Assembly: GCA_964580435.1 (NCBI GenBank)
Contig: CAZOKP010000002.1
Coordinates: 2,919 to 66,918, forward strand
Source: an uncultured Eubacteriales bacterium
GTDB lineage: Bacteria > Acidobacteriota > Aminicenantia > Aminicenantales > UBA8522
Direction: 5' to 3'
DNA length: 64,000 nt
This document shows positions 38,248 to 47,819 of this stretch, piece after piece (position 1 is the stretch's first letter; each line of letters starts with the position of its first letter). The notes under the pieces were generated by a model, which ran no database searches, was not told the origin of the DNA, and worked only from the letters and a program-made list of their open reading frames with translations. The translations under genes and the position numbers were made by a program.

Positions 38248-40065
38248 CTAAACCGGTTTTCCCTTTTCTATGACGAAGGCGACGACGACATCACCTTCCT
38301 GAATGTCCTTGAATCCTTCTAGGGAGATGCCGCATTCCATTTCCTTCCGCACCTCAGTGACGTTTTCTTTGACGCGTCTGAGGGAGGAGATGCGGCCTTC
38401 GTGGACCACGTCTCGACCGCGCATCACTCTGACCCGGGCACTGCGGGTGATCCTCCCGTCGACGACATAACAGCCAGCCACCGCCCCGACCCTGGGAATC
38501 TGAAAGATTTTCCTGATCTCTGCCCGGCCTAGGTAGACCTCTTTTTCGACAGGTTCAAGCATCCCGACCAGGGCATTGCGGATGTCCTCGGTCAGCTGAT
38601 AGATGATGTTATAGCTCCTGATTTCCACGTTTTCCTTCTTGGCCAGGTCGAGGATTTTCTGGCTCGGCCTGACGTTGTAGCCGATGATAATGGCGTTCGA
38701 GGCCGAGGCCAAGATCACGTCCGACTCCGTAATATTCCCTGTGCCTGTATGAATGATTTTTATTTTGATCTTCTCCGAGCTGAGAGGCGGGAGGATATCG
38801 CGAAGGACTTCCACCGAACCCTGGACATCGGCCCTGATGATGAGCGGAAGCTCCTTAGCTTCCCCCTGCTCAATCTTCTTGAACAACTCATCCAGAGTAA
38901 TGTGTTCGGGTCTTGGAGGCTCCTCTTTTTTAACCTTGGACAGGCGGTGGGTGACAATTCGCTTGGCTGTCTCAATGTCAGGGACAACCTGGAAGTAATC
39001 CCCCGCTGTGGGCACAGCGGAGAACCCGAGCACCGCCGCGGGCATGGAAGGCTCGGCTTTTTTCATCGCTTTTCCGTGTTCATCAAAAAGAGCCTTCACT
39101 TTTCCCGAGGTCATCCCGCAGATGAAGGCCATTCCCAGAGAAAGCACGCCGTGCTGGATGATCACCGTTCCGATAGGACCCCTTTTGGGGTCCAATTGAG
39201 CTTCGAGAACCACCCCCTGGGCCTCGACCTTAGGATTGCCTTTGACCTCGATGACGTCGGCCAGGAGAAGGATCATTTCCAGGAGTTCCTTCAGATTGGT
39301 CTTTTCTTTGGCCGAGACCTCGACGCTGATCGTGTTCCCGCCCCAGTCCTCGACGAGAAGGCCCTCTTTGGAGAGTTGCTGTTTGACGCGGTCGCGGTTG
39401 GCTTCGGGTTTGTCGACCTTATTAATGGCCACGATGATCGGCACACCCGCCGCTTTGGCATGACTAATAGCTTCCCTGGTCTGAGGCATTACGCCGTCGT
39501 CTGCCGCGACCACGAGGACGACGATATCCGTGATCTTGGCTCCTCTTGCTCGGAGCTGGGTGAAGGCCTCGTGACCGGGAGTATCGACAAAGGTGATGGC
39601 CCTGTTGTTGAAGAAGACGCGGTAGGCACCAATGTGCTGAGTGATCCCGCCTGACTCTTTATCGACAAGATGCGATGACCGGATGGCATCCAGCAACGTC
39701 GTTTTGCCATGGTCGACATGGCCCATGATCGTGACCACAGGAGGCCGGGCCAGCAGATCCTTCGCCTTGGCCTCAGCCCGCCGGCGGATCTCTTTTTCGT
39801 AGCTTAAAAATTGGATATCGGCATCGACAACCTGGGCAATTATAGCGGCAGTGGCTTCGTCCATCGGGTCGTTGAATTCCAGGAGCTTTCCTTTGGAGGC
39901 AAGTTTATCCAAGAGGGCTTTTGGCTTCAGGGCCATTTTTTCAGCCGCCTCTCCGAGAGTCATCCCTTCATAAAGATAAAACTTCGGCCGAGGCTTGGGA
40001 GCTTCTTCCGCTGCTTTGAGCTTTTTCTTTGGTTTGGGTTTGGCCGTCTCTTTTTTCATATTCAC
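38248..40065 (-). CDS. infB: Translation initiation factor IF-2 (short N-terminus form, 605 aa)
   Basis: GHVDHGKTTLLD G1 motif, DTPGHEAF G3 motif and NKVD G4 motif are present. Confidence 0.95.
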   Translation of the reverse strand: MNMKKETAKPKPKKKLKAAEEAPKPRPKFYLYEGMTLGEAAEKMALKPKALLDKLASKGKLLEFNDPMDEATAAIIAQVVDADIQFLSYEKEIRRRAEAKAKDLLARPPVVTIMGHVDHGKTTLLDAIRSSHLVDKESGGITQHIGAYRVFFNNRAITFVDTPGHEAFTQLRARGAKITDIVVLVVAADDGVMPQTREAISHAKAAGVPIIVAINKVDKPEANRDRVKQQLSKEGLLVEDWGGNTISVEVSAKEKTNLKELLEMILLLADVIEVKGNPKVEAQGVVLEAQLDPKRGPIGTVIIQHGVLSLGMAFICGMTSGKVKALFDEHGKAMKKAEPSMPAAVLGFSAVPTAGDYFQVVPDIETAKRIVTHRLSKVKKEEPPRPEHITLDELFKKIEQGEAKELPLIIRADVQGSVEVLRDILPPLSSEKIKIKIIHTGTGNITESDVILASASNAIIIGYNVRPSQKILDLAKKENVEIRSYNIIYQLTEDIRNALVGMLEPVEKEVYLGRAEIRKIFQIPRVGAVAGCYVVDGRITRSARVRVMRGRDVVHEGRISSLRRVKENVTEVRKEMECGISLEGFKDIQEGDVVVAFVIEKGKPV

Positions 40066-41087
40066 TCTTGTTTGATTTCAATTTTCCAGCCGACAAGCCG
40101 TGAGGCTAACTTGACATTGATGCCCTTCTTTCCGATGGCCAGGGAGAGCTGGTCTTTCGGGACGATCGCCTGCATGATTTTTTCCTGTTTGTCAAGCAGG
40201 AGGATTCTGCCTATCCGGGCCGGGCTGAGGGCGGCCTTCGCGTAAGCCGGAGCGTGGGGGGACCACTCGATGATGTCGATCTTCTCTCCCTGCAGCTCCT
40301 TGCTGATGGCGAGAATTCGATTCCCTTTGACGCCGATGCACGCGCCCACCGGGTCGATGTCTTTCTCTTTGGAAAGGACGGCGACTTTGGCCCTCTCGCC
40401 GGCCTGACGGACGAGGTCTTTGATCTCAATATTTCCGTTGGCGATCTCGGGGATCTCCAGCTCCAGCAATTTCGCCAGGAACTTGGGGTGGGACCGGGAG
40501 ACAAACACTTGGGGGCCCTTGGTGGTTTTTTGGACTTGAGTGATTAAAGCTTTGACCGTGTCACCCCTGCTGAAGTCTTCATTGGGGAGCTTTTCTCGAG
40601 CCGGAAAAAAGGCCTCGGTTTTGGTGACTTCAAGAATAATATTGCCGTCTTCAACCCTCCGGACCGTTCCAGTGACGATCTCGCCGACGCGGGGAGCGAA
40701 CTGGAAGTAAATCTTCTCCTGTTCGGCGTCCCTGACTTTCTGGAAAATGACCTGCTTGGCTGCTTGCGCTGAGATGCGTCCCAGCGTGTCTGCCGGCAGG
40801 TCGATCTCGATGCTCTCACCCAGGGTTATTGTTGCTTTTATTTTTTTTGCCTCATCCAAGGAAATCTCGGCAGCGGGGTCCTGAGGTTTCTCTGCCACCT
40901 TTTTGGTGGCAAAAACCCTAAGCTCGCCCTTTTCCGGCCGAAAGGAGATGTTGATCTTCTCGTTATGGTTGAAATACTTGGTCGAGGCGACCCTAAGAGA
41001 TTCTTCGATGGCGTTGATGATGATCGAAGGCTCGACGCCTCGCTCTTTGCTGAGCTGCAAGATAGTATTCCACACATTAACCTTCAT
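40062..41087 (-). CDS. nusA: Transcription termination/antitermination factor NusA
   Basis: S1 domain followed by two KH domains (GACIGVKGNRI). Overlaps the infB start by 4 nt. Confidence 0.95.
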   Translation of the reverse strand: MKVNVWNTILQLSKERGVEPSIIINAIEESLRVASTKYFNHNEKINISFRPEKGELRVFATKKVAEKPQDPAAEISLDEAKKIKATITLGESIEIDLPADTLGRISAQAAKQVIFQKVRDAEQEKIYFQFAPRVGEIVTGTVRRVEDGNIILEVTKTEAFFPAREKLPNEDFSRGDTVKALITQVQKTTKGPQVFVSRSHPKFLAKLLELEIPEIANGNIEIKDLVRQAGERAKVAVLSKEKDIDPVGACIGVKGNRILAISKELQGEKIDIIEWSPHAPAYAKAALSPARIGRILLLDKQEKIMQAIVPKDQLSLAIGKKGINVKLASRLVGWKIEIKQE

Positions 41088-41306
41088 CTTCTTTGCCTCA
41101 ACCAGGATGAGGACGAATAAGGGAGCGAATTATAACTAAAACAGGAGAGAATAGCAACCAAGAATGGGGCCTGTCACGCATCTCTTTTTCCGTGATGATC
41201 GAGGGAGATCTTGGAAAAGGGCTTTGCTCTCCGCTCCGATCGGCGGCCTGAGAGAACCGTCTTTCTCGGCTCCTCCGGCCCAAGGCTCCAGGCTTGATCA
41301 TTCTTA

Positions 41307-41336
41307 TTTTGGGGACAAAAAAACTCGTCCCCAAAA
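41307..41336 (-). terminator. Stable hairpin (ttttggggac / gtccccaaaa arms, 10-nt loop) in the 407-bp hppA-nusA intergenic region; possible hppA terminator or nusA leader element
   Basis: Perfect 10-bp inverted repeat visible in the sequence. Flanked by A/T-rich sequence on both sides. Confidence 0.3.
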
Positions 41337-41494
41337 TCATTTATGTTACCCATCCTCGGAGGCCTGCGGCTGCCCTCGAAAGACAGGCTCTCAGGCTGAT
41401 CTCCGCGTGATGGTCGTGGCAGCCCTTTTCCAAGCCCTTCTTACTACAGAATTAGAATTGCCTCCGGGATTCTATTTTGACGCGTCCCTGTCTT

Positions 41495-43783
41495 TTATTC
41501 TTTGGGGCCGGGAGCGATTGCCTCCTCAACCTGATGGAACTCTTTCTCGCCTGAGCGCTTGGAATACCAAATAGCGATGATGGAAACAATGAGGGCTGCC
41601 GCAACGAATATCGCCACTCCCCAGCTCAATTTGCGGTACTGGATGATGATGGGCGCGGCAAGCACGGAGACGAGGTTGATGACCTTGATCATAGGATTGA
41701 GGGCCGGGCCGGACGTGTCTTTGAGCGGGTCGCCCACGGTGTCTCCCACAACGGCCGCTTTATGGCTGTCAGAGCCTTTTCCCCCATAGAGCCCGTCTTC
41801 GATAGTTTTTTTGGCGTTGTCCCAGGCGCCTCCCGAGTTGGCCATGAAGACGGCCAGAAGCTGGCCGCTGAGGATGACGCCGGCCAGGAACCCGCCCAGC
41901 GCTTCCACCTGAAGTGTCAGGCCGACGATGAGGGGCGTGAGCACGGCCAGGAGGGCCAGGCCCACCAGTTCTTTTTGAGCCGCAACCGTGCAGATGCTGA
42001 CCGCTTTCTTGTAGTCAGGCTTGACTTTCCCTTCCATGAGTCCCGGGATCTTAAACTGACGGCGGACCTCCATGACGATGAGAGAAGCGGCGCGCGAGAC
42101 GGCGTTGATGGTGAGGGAGGAGAAAAGCCAGGGAATAGCTCCGCCGATGAGCATCCCGATGAGGACCATAGGCATCGAGACGCGGATTCCGGTGTTGAGG
42201 AGTTGCATGGCCTCAGGAATGTTGAGTTGCGCTTGGACTTTAGTGACATCAGTCATAAAGGAGCCGAAGAGCGAAACCGCGGCGATGACGGCCGACCCGA
42301 TCGCCACGCCCTTGGTGATCGCCTTCGTCGTGTTGCCAACAGCATCCAGGTCGGCCATGATCTGGCGGGCGTTTTTATCCAAACCGGCCATCTCCCCGAT
42401 GCCGTTGGCATTGTCCGAGATCGGGCCGAAGGAATCCATGGCCACGTTATTGCCTGTCAGCGTCAGCATTCCGATTCCCGTCATGGCAACGCCGTAGAGG
42501 ACGTAGGCAACGGGCTGACCCCAATAGATGAGAACGGCAGAAAGGATAGTGGCCGCAATAGTCAGGATGGCCCAGACTGTCGATTCCATCCCAACCGATA
42601 GGCCTGTTAGGATTACCGTGGCAGGGCCGGTGCGGGAGGACCTGGCGATTTCTTTGACCGGCGCGTGATGCGTGTCTGTGAAATGCTTGGTCAGCTCATC
42701 GATGGCGATGGCCAAGATGATCCCCGCGCCGACGGAAAGAAAGGCCCGCCATTCGTTCATATAAAAATGGGCTAAAAAGGCGAAGGCGATGAAACAGAGG
42801 GCTGCCGAAGTGTAGAAACCTCTGTTGATGCCGGCCATGGCGTTGCCTCTTTTTTCGTCTTTCTTGCCTCGGACTTGATAGGTCCCGATGATCGAGGAAA
42901 AAACCCCGATTCCCCTGACGAGCAAGGGGAAAATAATCCACTTGATTTGGCCTGTAATCTGGACGAGCGCCAACCCCAGGATCAATCCCGAAACGATGGT
43001 GACCTCATAGCTTTCGAAAATATCGGCGGCCATCCCCGCGCAGTCGCCGACATTGTCGCCGACGAGGTCAGCAATGACGGCCGCATTCCTCGGATCATCC
43101 TCTGGAATGCCAGCTTCCACCTTACCGACGAGGTCGGCTCCTACATCGGCCGCTTTTGTATAGATGCCTCCGCCAACACGCATGAACAAGGCGAGCAGAG
43201 TGCCTCCAAACCCAAACCCGAGGAGGGCATCGGGCGCAGCCTTCTGGAAGAGCATAAAAATAGCCGTGCCTCCGAGGAGGCCGAGGCCGTCTGTCAGCAT
43301 TCCGGTGATCGTGCCGGCTCTGTAAGCGATCTTGAGGGCTTTGTCAAAGCTTGTCCGGGCTGCCGCCGCTACCCTGACATTCCCTTGGATGGCCATGCGC
43401 ATCCCGAACTGGCCGACCATCAAGGAAAAGAGGGCTCCCAGGACGAACGCGGCGGCCCTTCCAAAGCCGATGACCAGTTTAACCTGGTTGGAACCTAGTT
43501 TGGAAAAACGTTCGAGCGCCTCGGCGGAGGGCGGGACGATATATACGCTAAAGAATAGCGCAGCAGTCAGCAGGATGATCAACGGCAAAATGGTTCTGAG
43601 CTGCCTGGTGAGGTAGGCCTCGGCTCCCTGTTTAATTGCTTCCCAGACTTCGATCATTTTCTGGTTCCCCTTGTCTTCGGACATGATCTGATGTCTGAGG
43701 AACAGGGCGTAAGCCAATCCCAGAAGCGCAATTCCTAAGACGGCCCATAGGGCAATGATCTCAAAAGAAGTAGCTCCTAACAT
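41495..43783 (-). CDS. hppA: Membrane-bound proton-translocating pyrophosphatase (K+-independent type, Lys in GNTTKA)
   Basis: GDTVGDPLKDTSGPALN, AVGNTTKA and multiple TM helices are present. 762 aa. Confidence 0.95.
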   Translation of the reverse strand: MLGATSFEIIALWAVLGIALLGLAYALFLRHQIMSEDKGNQKMIEVWEAIKQGAEAYLTRQLRTILPLIILLTAALFFSVYIVPPSAEALERFSKLGSNQVKLVIGFGRAAAFVLGALFSLMVGQFGMRMAIQGNVRVAAAARTSFDKALKIAYRAGTITGMLTDGLGLLGGTAIFMLFQKAAPDALLGFGFGGTLLALFMRVGGGIYTKAADVGADLVGKVEAGIPEDDPRNAAVIADLVGDNVGDCAGMAADIFESYEVTIVSGLILGLALVQITGQIKWIIFPLLVRGIGVFSSIIGTYQVRGKKDEKRGNAMAGINRGFYTSAALCFIAFAFLAHFYMNEWRAFLSVGAGIILAIAIDELTKHFTDTHHAPVKEIARSSRTGPATVILTGLSVGMESTVWAILTIAATILSAVLIYWGQPVAYVLYGVAMTGIGMLTLTGNNVAMDSFGPISDNANGIGEMAGLDKNARQIMADLDAVGNTTKAITKGVAIGSAVIAAVSLFGSFMTDVTKVQAQLNIPEAMQLLNTGIRVSMPMVLIGMLIGGAIPWLFSSLTINAVSRAASLIVMEVRRQFKIPGLMEGKVKPDYKKAVSICTVAAQKELVGLALLAVLTPLIVGLTLQVEALGGFLAGVILSGQLLAVFMANSGGAWDNAKKTIEDGLYGGKGSDSHKAAVVGDTVGDPLKDTSGPALNPMIKVINLVSVLAAPIIIQYRKLSWGVAIFVAAALIVSIIAIWYSKRSGEKEFHQVEEAIAPGPKE

Positions 43784-44352
43784 CTACCAACTCCTTATGT
43801 CGTACGTATTACTATAAGCCTTTCGGCCAAGCGCGATAGAGTGTAAAGGTTTTTCCCTTTTCCGGGAAATTTTGAACAGCTTGTATACCATAAAACGGGC
43901 CAAATTGCAAAGGCTCTGAGCCAGGATGTCCTCAGAGATGCGGTCCTTGAAATCCTGAGGGGAGGCGCAGAGGTGAGAAAATAGGGCGGCCTGAAGCGTT
44001 GAAACTAAAGAAGGTCAATCAAAGGCCATGAGAACGATTCGCCCAGGAAGGCCTGAGGGGCTGAGCTCAGAGCAAGCTCTCTTCCTCGCTTTGGAAGACC
44101 CCCAGACAGCCCATTTCTTGAGGACGGCGTTTGGGATCCCCGAGCAGAGGCCTGAAATTGTGACGAAGCGGAGGTTGACCAAAGCCAGGCCCTGCTCTTC
44201 CTGGCACGTGGCCATCATTGAGAAACCGCGGCCTTCGCTCAGAGCATGCCCGCCGCTCCTCAATATCGCCCATATCATGGTGGATGCCCTTGATGGTCAG
44301 ATCCTGCAAAGATGGTTTCTGAAAAGCGTATTCTATGAGGAATACAGAGCCT

Positions 44353-45681
44353 TCATGAGACAGGTATTCTCTCTCCGTGAAGGCTGTAAGCACCAAAGCC
44401 GGTGATCCGGACATCGACGAATGTTCCCACGCGGTCGTCCGGAGATGAGAAATTAACCACTTCATATCCTTCGTTCCGGCCGGAATACAGATGGGGCGTC
44501 CTCTTGGCCAAGCCCAAACATAGGACTTTTATAACGCTGCCCACTCGGCGGCCGTGATCTTCGAGTTGAATTTGTTTTTGGAGCGCCTGGACCTCAGCGA
44601 GCCTTTTTCTTTTTTCTTCAGGGGGAATATCGTCTTTAAGCTCTGACGCCCGGGTCAGAGGCCGGGGAGAGTAGCGGAAGGAAAAAATATTGGCAAAGCG
44701 GACCTGACGCAGGACGGCGAGACTCTCCTCGAAGTCCTTTTCTGACTCACCGGGGAATCCGACGATAATGTCCGTGCTTAAGCTGATCTCCGGAATGAGT
44801 CGGCGGAGAAAGGCGATTTTTCCCAGGTATTCTTCCTGGGTATAATCTCTTTTCATTCTCTTCAAAACAGATGTCGCCCCGGACTGAAGCGGAAGATGCA
44901 GCTGGCGGCAGATTTTTTTTGCTGCCTGCATCGTCTCGGCGATCTCAAGAGTGAAATTTTTCGGATGAGATGTCAGAAAACGGATCCACTCGATCCCCTC
45001 CACACGGCTCGTCTCCCGGAGCAGCTCAGGAAAGCTCCTGCCGGATTGCGGGTCCCTGTAGGAGTTGACGTTCTGGCCCAGGAGCTGAATCTCCTTGAAC
45101 CCTTTTCTGCAGAGATCTGCGATCTCCTCAATAATCGAGGGAAGCGGGCGGTATTTTTCACGTCCCCGAGTAAAGGGGACGATACAGTAAGCGCAGAAGT
45201 TATCACAGCCTTCCATGACAGGGACAAAAGCGCTGAGGTTGCTTTCGCGGAGGACGAGGTCCGACGGCGTTTCATGCCACCCCGCTGACCAGGTGGTCGA
45301 GATGTGCTTCTCGGCCGGGCTTTTCCGGAGAATGTCGGGAAGCTCTCCGTAGTTGTCCGGACCGAGGACAAAATCTACGCTATACTTTTTTTCCAGGAGC
45401 TCAAGTCCTCGAAGTTGAGCCACGCAGCCCACGACCCCCACCTGAACGGGCTTCTTTTTTTTGATCTGGGTCAGCCTTCCGATATAGGAAAAGAGCTTTT
45501 CTTCGGCTTTTTTCCGGACGGCGCAGGTGTTGACGATGATGAGGTCGCTGTCTTCAGGCCGGGCGGCTTTTGTCGCCCCGGCCCGACAGAGGATACCGGC
45601 GATGCGTTCGGAGTCGCTCTCGTTCATCTGGCAGCCGAATGTCTGAACGAAAAAAGTTAGGTTCTTAAGCTCGCCGGACAT
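44353..45681 (-). CDS. miaB: tRNA (N6-isopentenyl adenosine37-C2)-methylthiotransferase MiaB
   Basis: UPF0004 N-terminal domain (FVQTFGCQMNESDSE), radical SAM motif CDNFCAYC, VPFTRGRE and a TRAM C-terminus. Confidence 0.9.
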   Translation of the reverse strand: MSGELKNLTFFVQTFGCQMNESDSERIAGILCRAGATKAARPEDSDLIIVNTCAVRKKAEEKLFSYIGRLTQIKKKKPVQVGVVGCVAQLRGLELLEKKYSVDFVLGPDNYGELPDILRKSPAEKHISTTWSAGWHETPSDLVLRESNLSAFVPVMEGCDNFCAYCIVPFTRGREKYRPLPSIIEEIADLCRKGFKEIQLLGQNVNSYRDPQSGRSFPELLRETSRVEGIEWIRFLTSHPKNFTLEIAETMQAAKKICRQLHLPLQSGATSVLKRMKRDYTQEEYLGKIAFLRRLIPEISLSTDIIVGFPGESEKDFEESLAVLRQVRFANIFSFRYSPRPLTRASELKDDIPPEEKRKRLAEVQALQKQIQLEDHGRRVGSVIKVLCLGLAKRTPHLYSGRNEGYEVVNFSSPDDRVGTFVDVRITGFGAYSLHGERIPVS

Positions 45682-46116
45682 TTATAGAATTTGCTCCAAT
45701 ATTTCGACGGCATCCTGGACATACTTGGAGCAGAGGTTCTCAAAGACGCCGCGCTCGACAGCTTGTTTGTGCCCCTCGGCCGTGCCGAGGTCGACGCCGA
45801 TGAGCTCGCGGCAGACGATGGACCCGTAGCGGGCTTTGAACTCACGGATAAAATCGTGGACGAGGGCGTATGTTTTCTCTCTGGCCTCTTCGTCTTCGGG
45901 CCGTGTCCTTCCATACTTGAGTCCGATCGCTAGGAAGGCGCCCGTGACGGCTCCGCAAGTCAATCCCATCCGGGCGATTCCCCCTCCGAAGGGCTGGGCG
46001 ATCTTGAGAGCTTTTTGCGGGTCGAGCTCAAGAACTTCGCTGAAGGCGGAAAAAACAGCCTGGGAACAGCTGAATCCTTGTTTAAACCTTGCTGCGGCGA
46101 GCTGAGCTCGGCTCAT
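45682..46116 (-). CDS. C_GCAxxG_C_C family putative redox-active protein
   Basis: FSCSQAV and MGLTCGAVTGA match the CGxxxG pattern. 144 aa. Abuts the miaB start with zero gap. Confidence 0.75.
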   Translation of the reverse strand: MSRAQLAAARFKQGFSCSQAVFSAFSEVLELDPQKALKIAQPFGGGIARMGLTCGAVTGAFLAIGLKYGRTRPEDEEAREKTYALVHDFIREFKARYGSIVCRELIGVDLGTAEGHKQAVERGVFENLCSKYVQDAVEILEQIL

Positions 46117-47812
46117 TTGACGTCTTTCCTTTCTCCCCTTTTAAATTATGGAGAAGCATCTCCCTGGCATTCTGGAGCGACGTGGGGGTGATGCGGCTTC
46201 CCGAGAGGAGACGGGAGATCTCTTGGACTCTCTCCTCGAACTCCAGCTCCTTGACCGTTGTGTACGTTCTCCCTTTGCCCATCATCTTATCGATCCTGTA
46301 TTGATGCGGGGCGAAAGAGGCGATCTGGGGCAAATGCGTGATGCAGATGACCTGATGCCGCTTGGAGAGTCCACGGAGTTTTTCGGCGATGCACTCCGCC
46401 GTCTTCCCCCCGATACCGGAATCGATCTCATCGAAGATGAGGGTTCTCGATCCGCCCTTTTCCTTGTCGATGGTTTTCAGGGCAAGCATGATCCTGGAGA
46501 GCTCACCTCCGGAAGCGATTTTTCGCAAAGGCCTGAGTTCCTCACCCGGGTTGGGGCTGATCAGAAACTCGACATCATCCAACCCGGAATCCCGGGCCTT
46601 TTCTATTTCGAGCAGCGCCGGCGACTCGGTCTCAATCTTGACGCGAAACCGCGCTTTTTTCATTCCAAGGAGCGCGATCTCCTTTTCCAGCTGCGTCTCC
46701 AAATGTCTTGCGCCTTCCGTGCGCAACCGGCTGAGCGTCTCCGCTTTTGTCCGGTACTCGGAAAAGGTTTGACTTATCTCTTTGGCAAGGTCAGCCAGTT
46801 TCTCCTCGCTTTGGAGAAGGTCGGCGTGCTCATTTTTGATTTTGGCCAGGTAAAGGAGAACGTCCTCGACGCTTTGGCCGTATTTTCTTCTCAGCTTTTC
46901 GATCAGGCTAAGCCTTCCCTCGAGCTCCTCCAGCCTTTCCGGTCCAAGATTCTGTTTTTCCTTGAACTTGATCAGGGAATCAGAGAGCTCCCGGACGGCA
47001 ATGGCAGATTGATTTATCGACTCATCAAAAGCCTGAAATCCGGGGTCAAAGCGGCTGAGCTCGCGGACGGCTTCTCCGAGTTTCAGGAGAAGGGCCGAGA
47101 TGGAATATTCCTGAATGTAGGATAAATCCAGGGCTTTTTCGACGAGACCCGCGATCTTCTCGGCGTTTCTGAGCATGTTCCTCTCGGCCAGGAGTTCCTC
47201 CCATTCTCCTGGCCTGAGGTTGCTGTTTTGGATCTCCTTGATCTGGAAGCTCAGGAAATCGAGGCGCTGCTCTCTTTCCCTTTTTCTCGTCTCCAGCTCG
47301 TTTTTTTGCCGGAGGAGATAGCGGAGTTTTTGAGCCAGGCCGGCTGTTTCCTCTCTCGTCTCGACCAGGCCGAGATACTGGTCGAGATATTGGAGATGAG
47401 TTTCGAGCTGCAGAAGAAAGACATGGTCGTTCTGACCGTAGATATCGATAAGGGACGGGCTGATCTCTTTCAATCGCTTTATAGGGACGAGCACGCCGTT
47501 AATATAAGCCTTCCCGGAGCCTTCCTGAGAGACCTGCCTCTGGAGGAGGATTTCGCCTTCATCAAGGAAGGCGGATTCTCCTGATGTCCGCTTTTCCTGG
47601 GGGACGCGGAAGATAGCTTCGATGACGGCCTCCCGCATTCCCGTTCGGATCATCTCCGGCGATGCTTTTTCCCCGAGGACAAGCTTGATCCCGTCGATGA
47701 TGACCGATTTTCCCGCTCCAGTCTCCCCGGTGAGGATAGAAAACCCTTCTTTAAAGTCCAACTCCATGTTTTCTATAGTGGCCAGGTTTTTGATGCGGAG
47801 AGAATGGATCAT
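46082..47812 (-). CDS. recN: DNA repair protein RecN
   Basis: LTGETGAGKS Walker A, long coiled coils and a C-terminal signature/Walker B are present. I used the internal ATG (MIHSLRIKNL) rather than the ORF-track start at 47845. Confidence 0.9.
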   Translation of the reverse strand: MIHSLRIKNLATIENMELDFKEGFSILTGETGAGKSVIIDGIKLVLGEKASPEMIRTGMREAVIEAIFRVPQEKRTSGESAFLDEGEILLQRQVSQEGSGKAYINGVLVPIKRLKEISPSLIDIYGQNDHVFLLQLETHLQYLDQYLGLVETREETAGLAQKLRYLLRQKNELETRKREREQRLDFLSFQIKEIQNSNLRPGEWEELLAERNMLRNAEKIAGLVEKALDLSYIQEYSISALLLKLGEAVRELSRFDPGFQAFDESINQSAIAVRELSDSLIKFKEKQNLGPERLEELEGRLSLIEKLRRKYGQSVEDVLLYLAKIKNEHADLLQSEEKLADLAKEISQTFSEYRTKAETLSRLRTEGARHLETQLEKEIALLGMKKARFRVKIETESPALLEIEKARDSGLDDVEFLISPNPGEELRPLRKIASGGELSRIMLALKTIDKEKGGSRTLIFDEIDSGIGGKTAECIAEKLRGLSKRHQVICITHLPQIASFAPHQYRIDKMMGKGRTYTTVKELEFEERVQEISRLLSGSRITPTSLQNAREMLLHNLKGEKGKTSNEPSSARRSKV

Positions 47813-47819
47813 TCCCTTT

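Noticed and set aside
44028-44465. Overlapping ORFs 44028-44405(+), 44067-44465(-) and 44015-44278(-) in the hppA-miaB gap as real protein-coding genes.
   Set aside because: They are mutually exclusive and overlap each other. One invades the miaB C-terminal TRAM-domain coding region. None has a ribosome-binding site or recognisable motif. The region is kept as a finding (possible pseudogene or ncRNA) rather than an annotated CDS.
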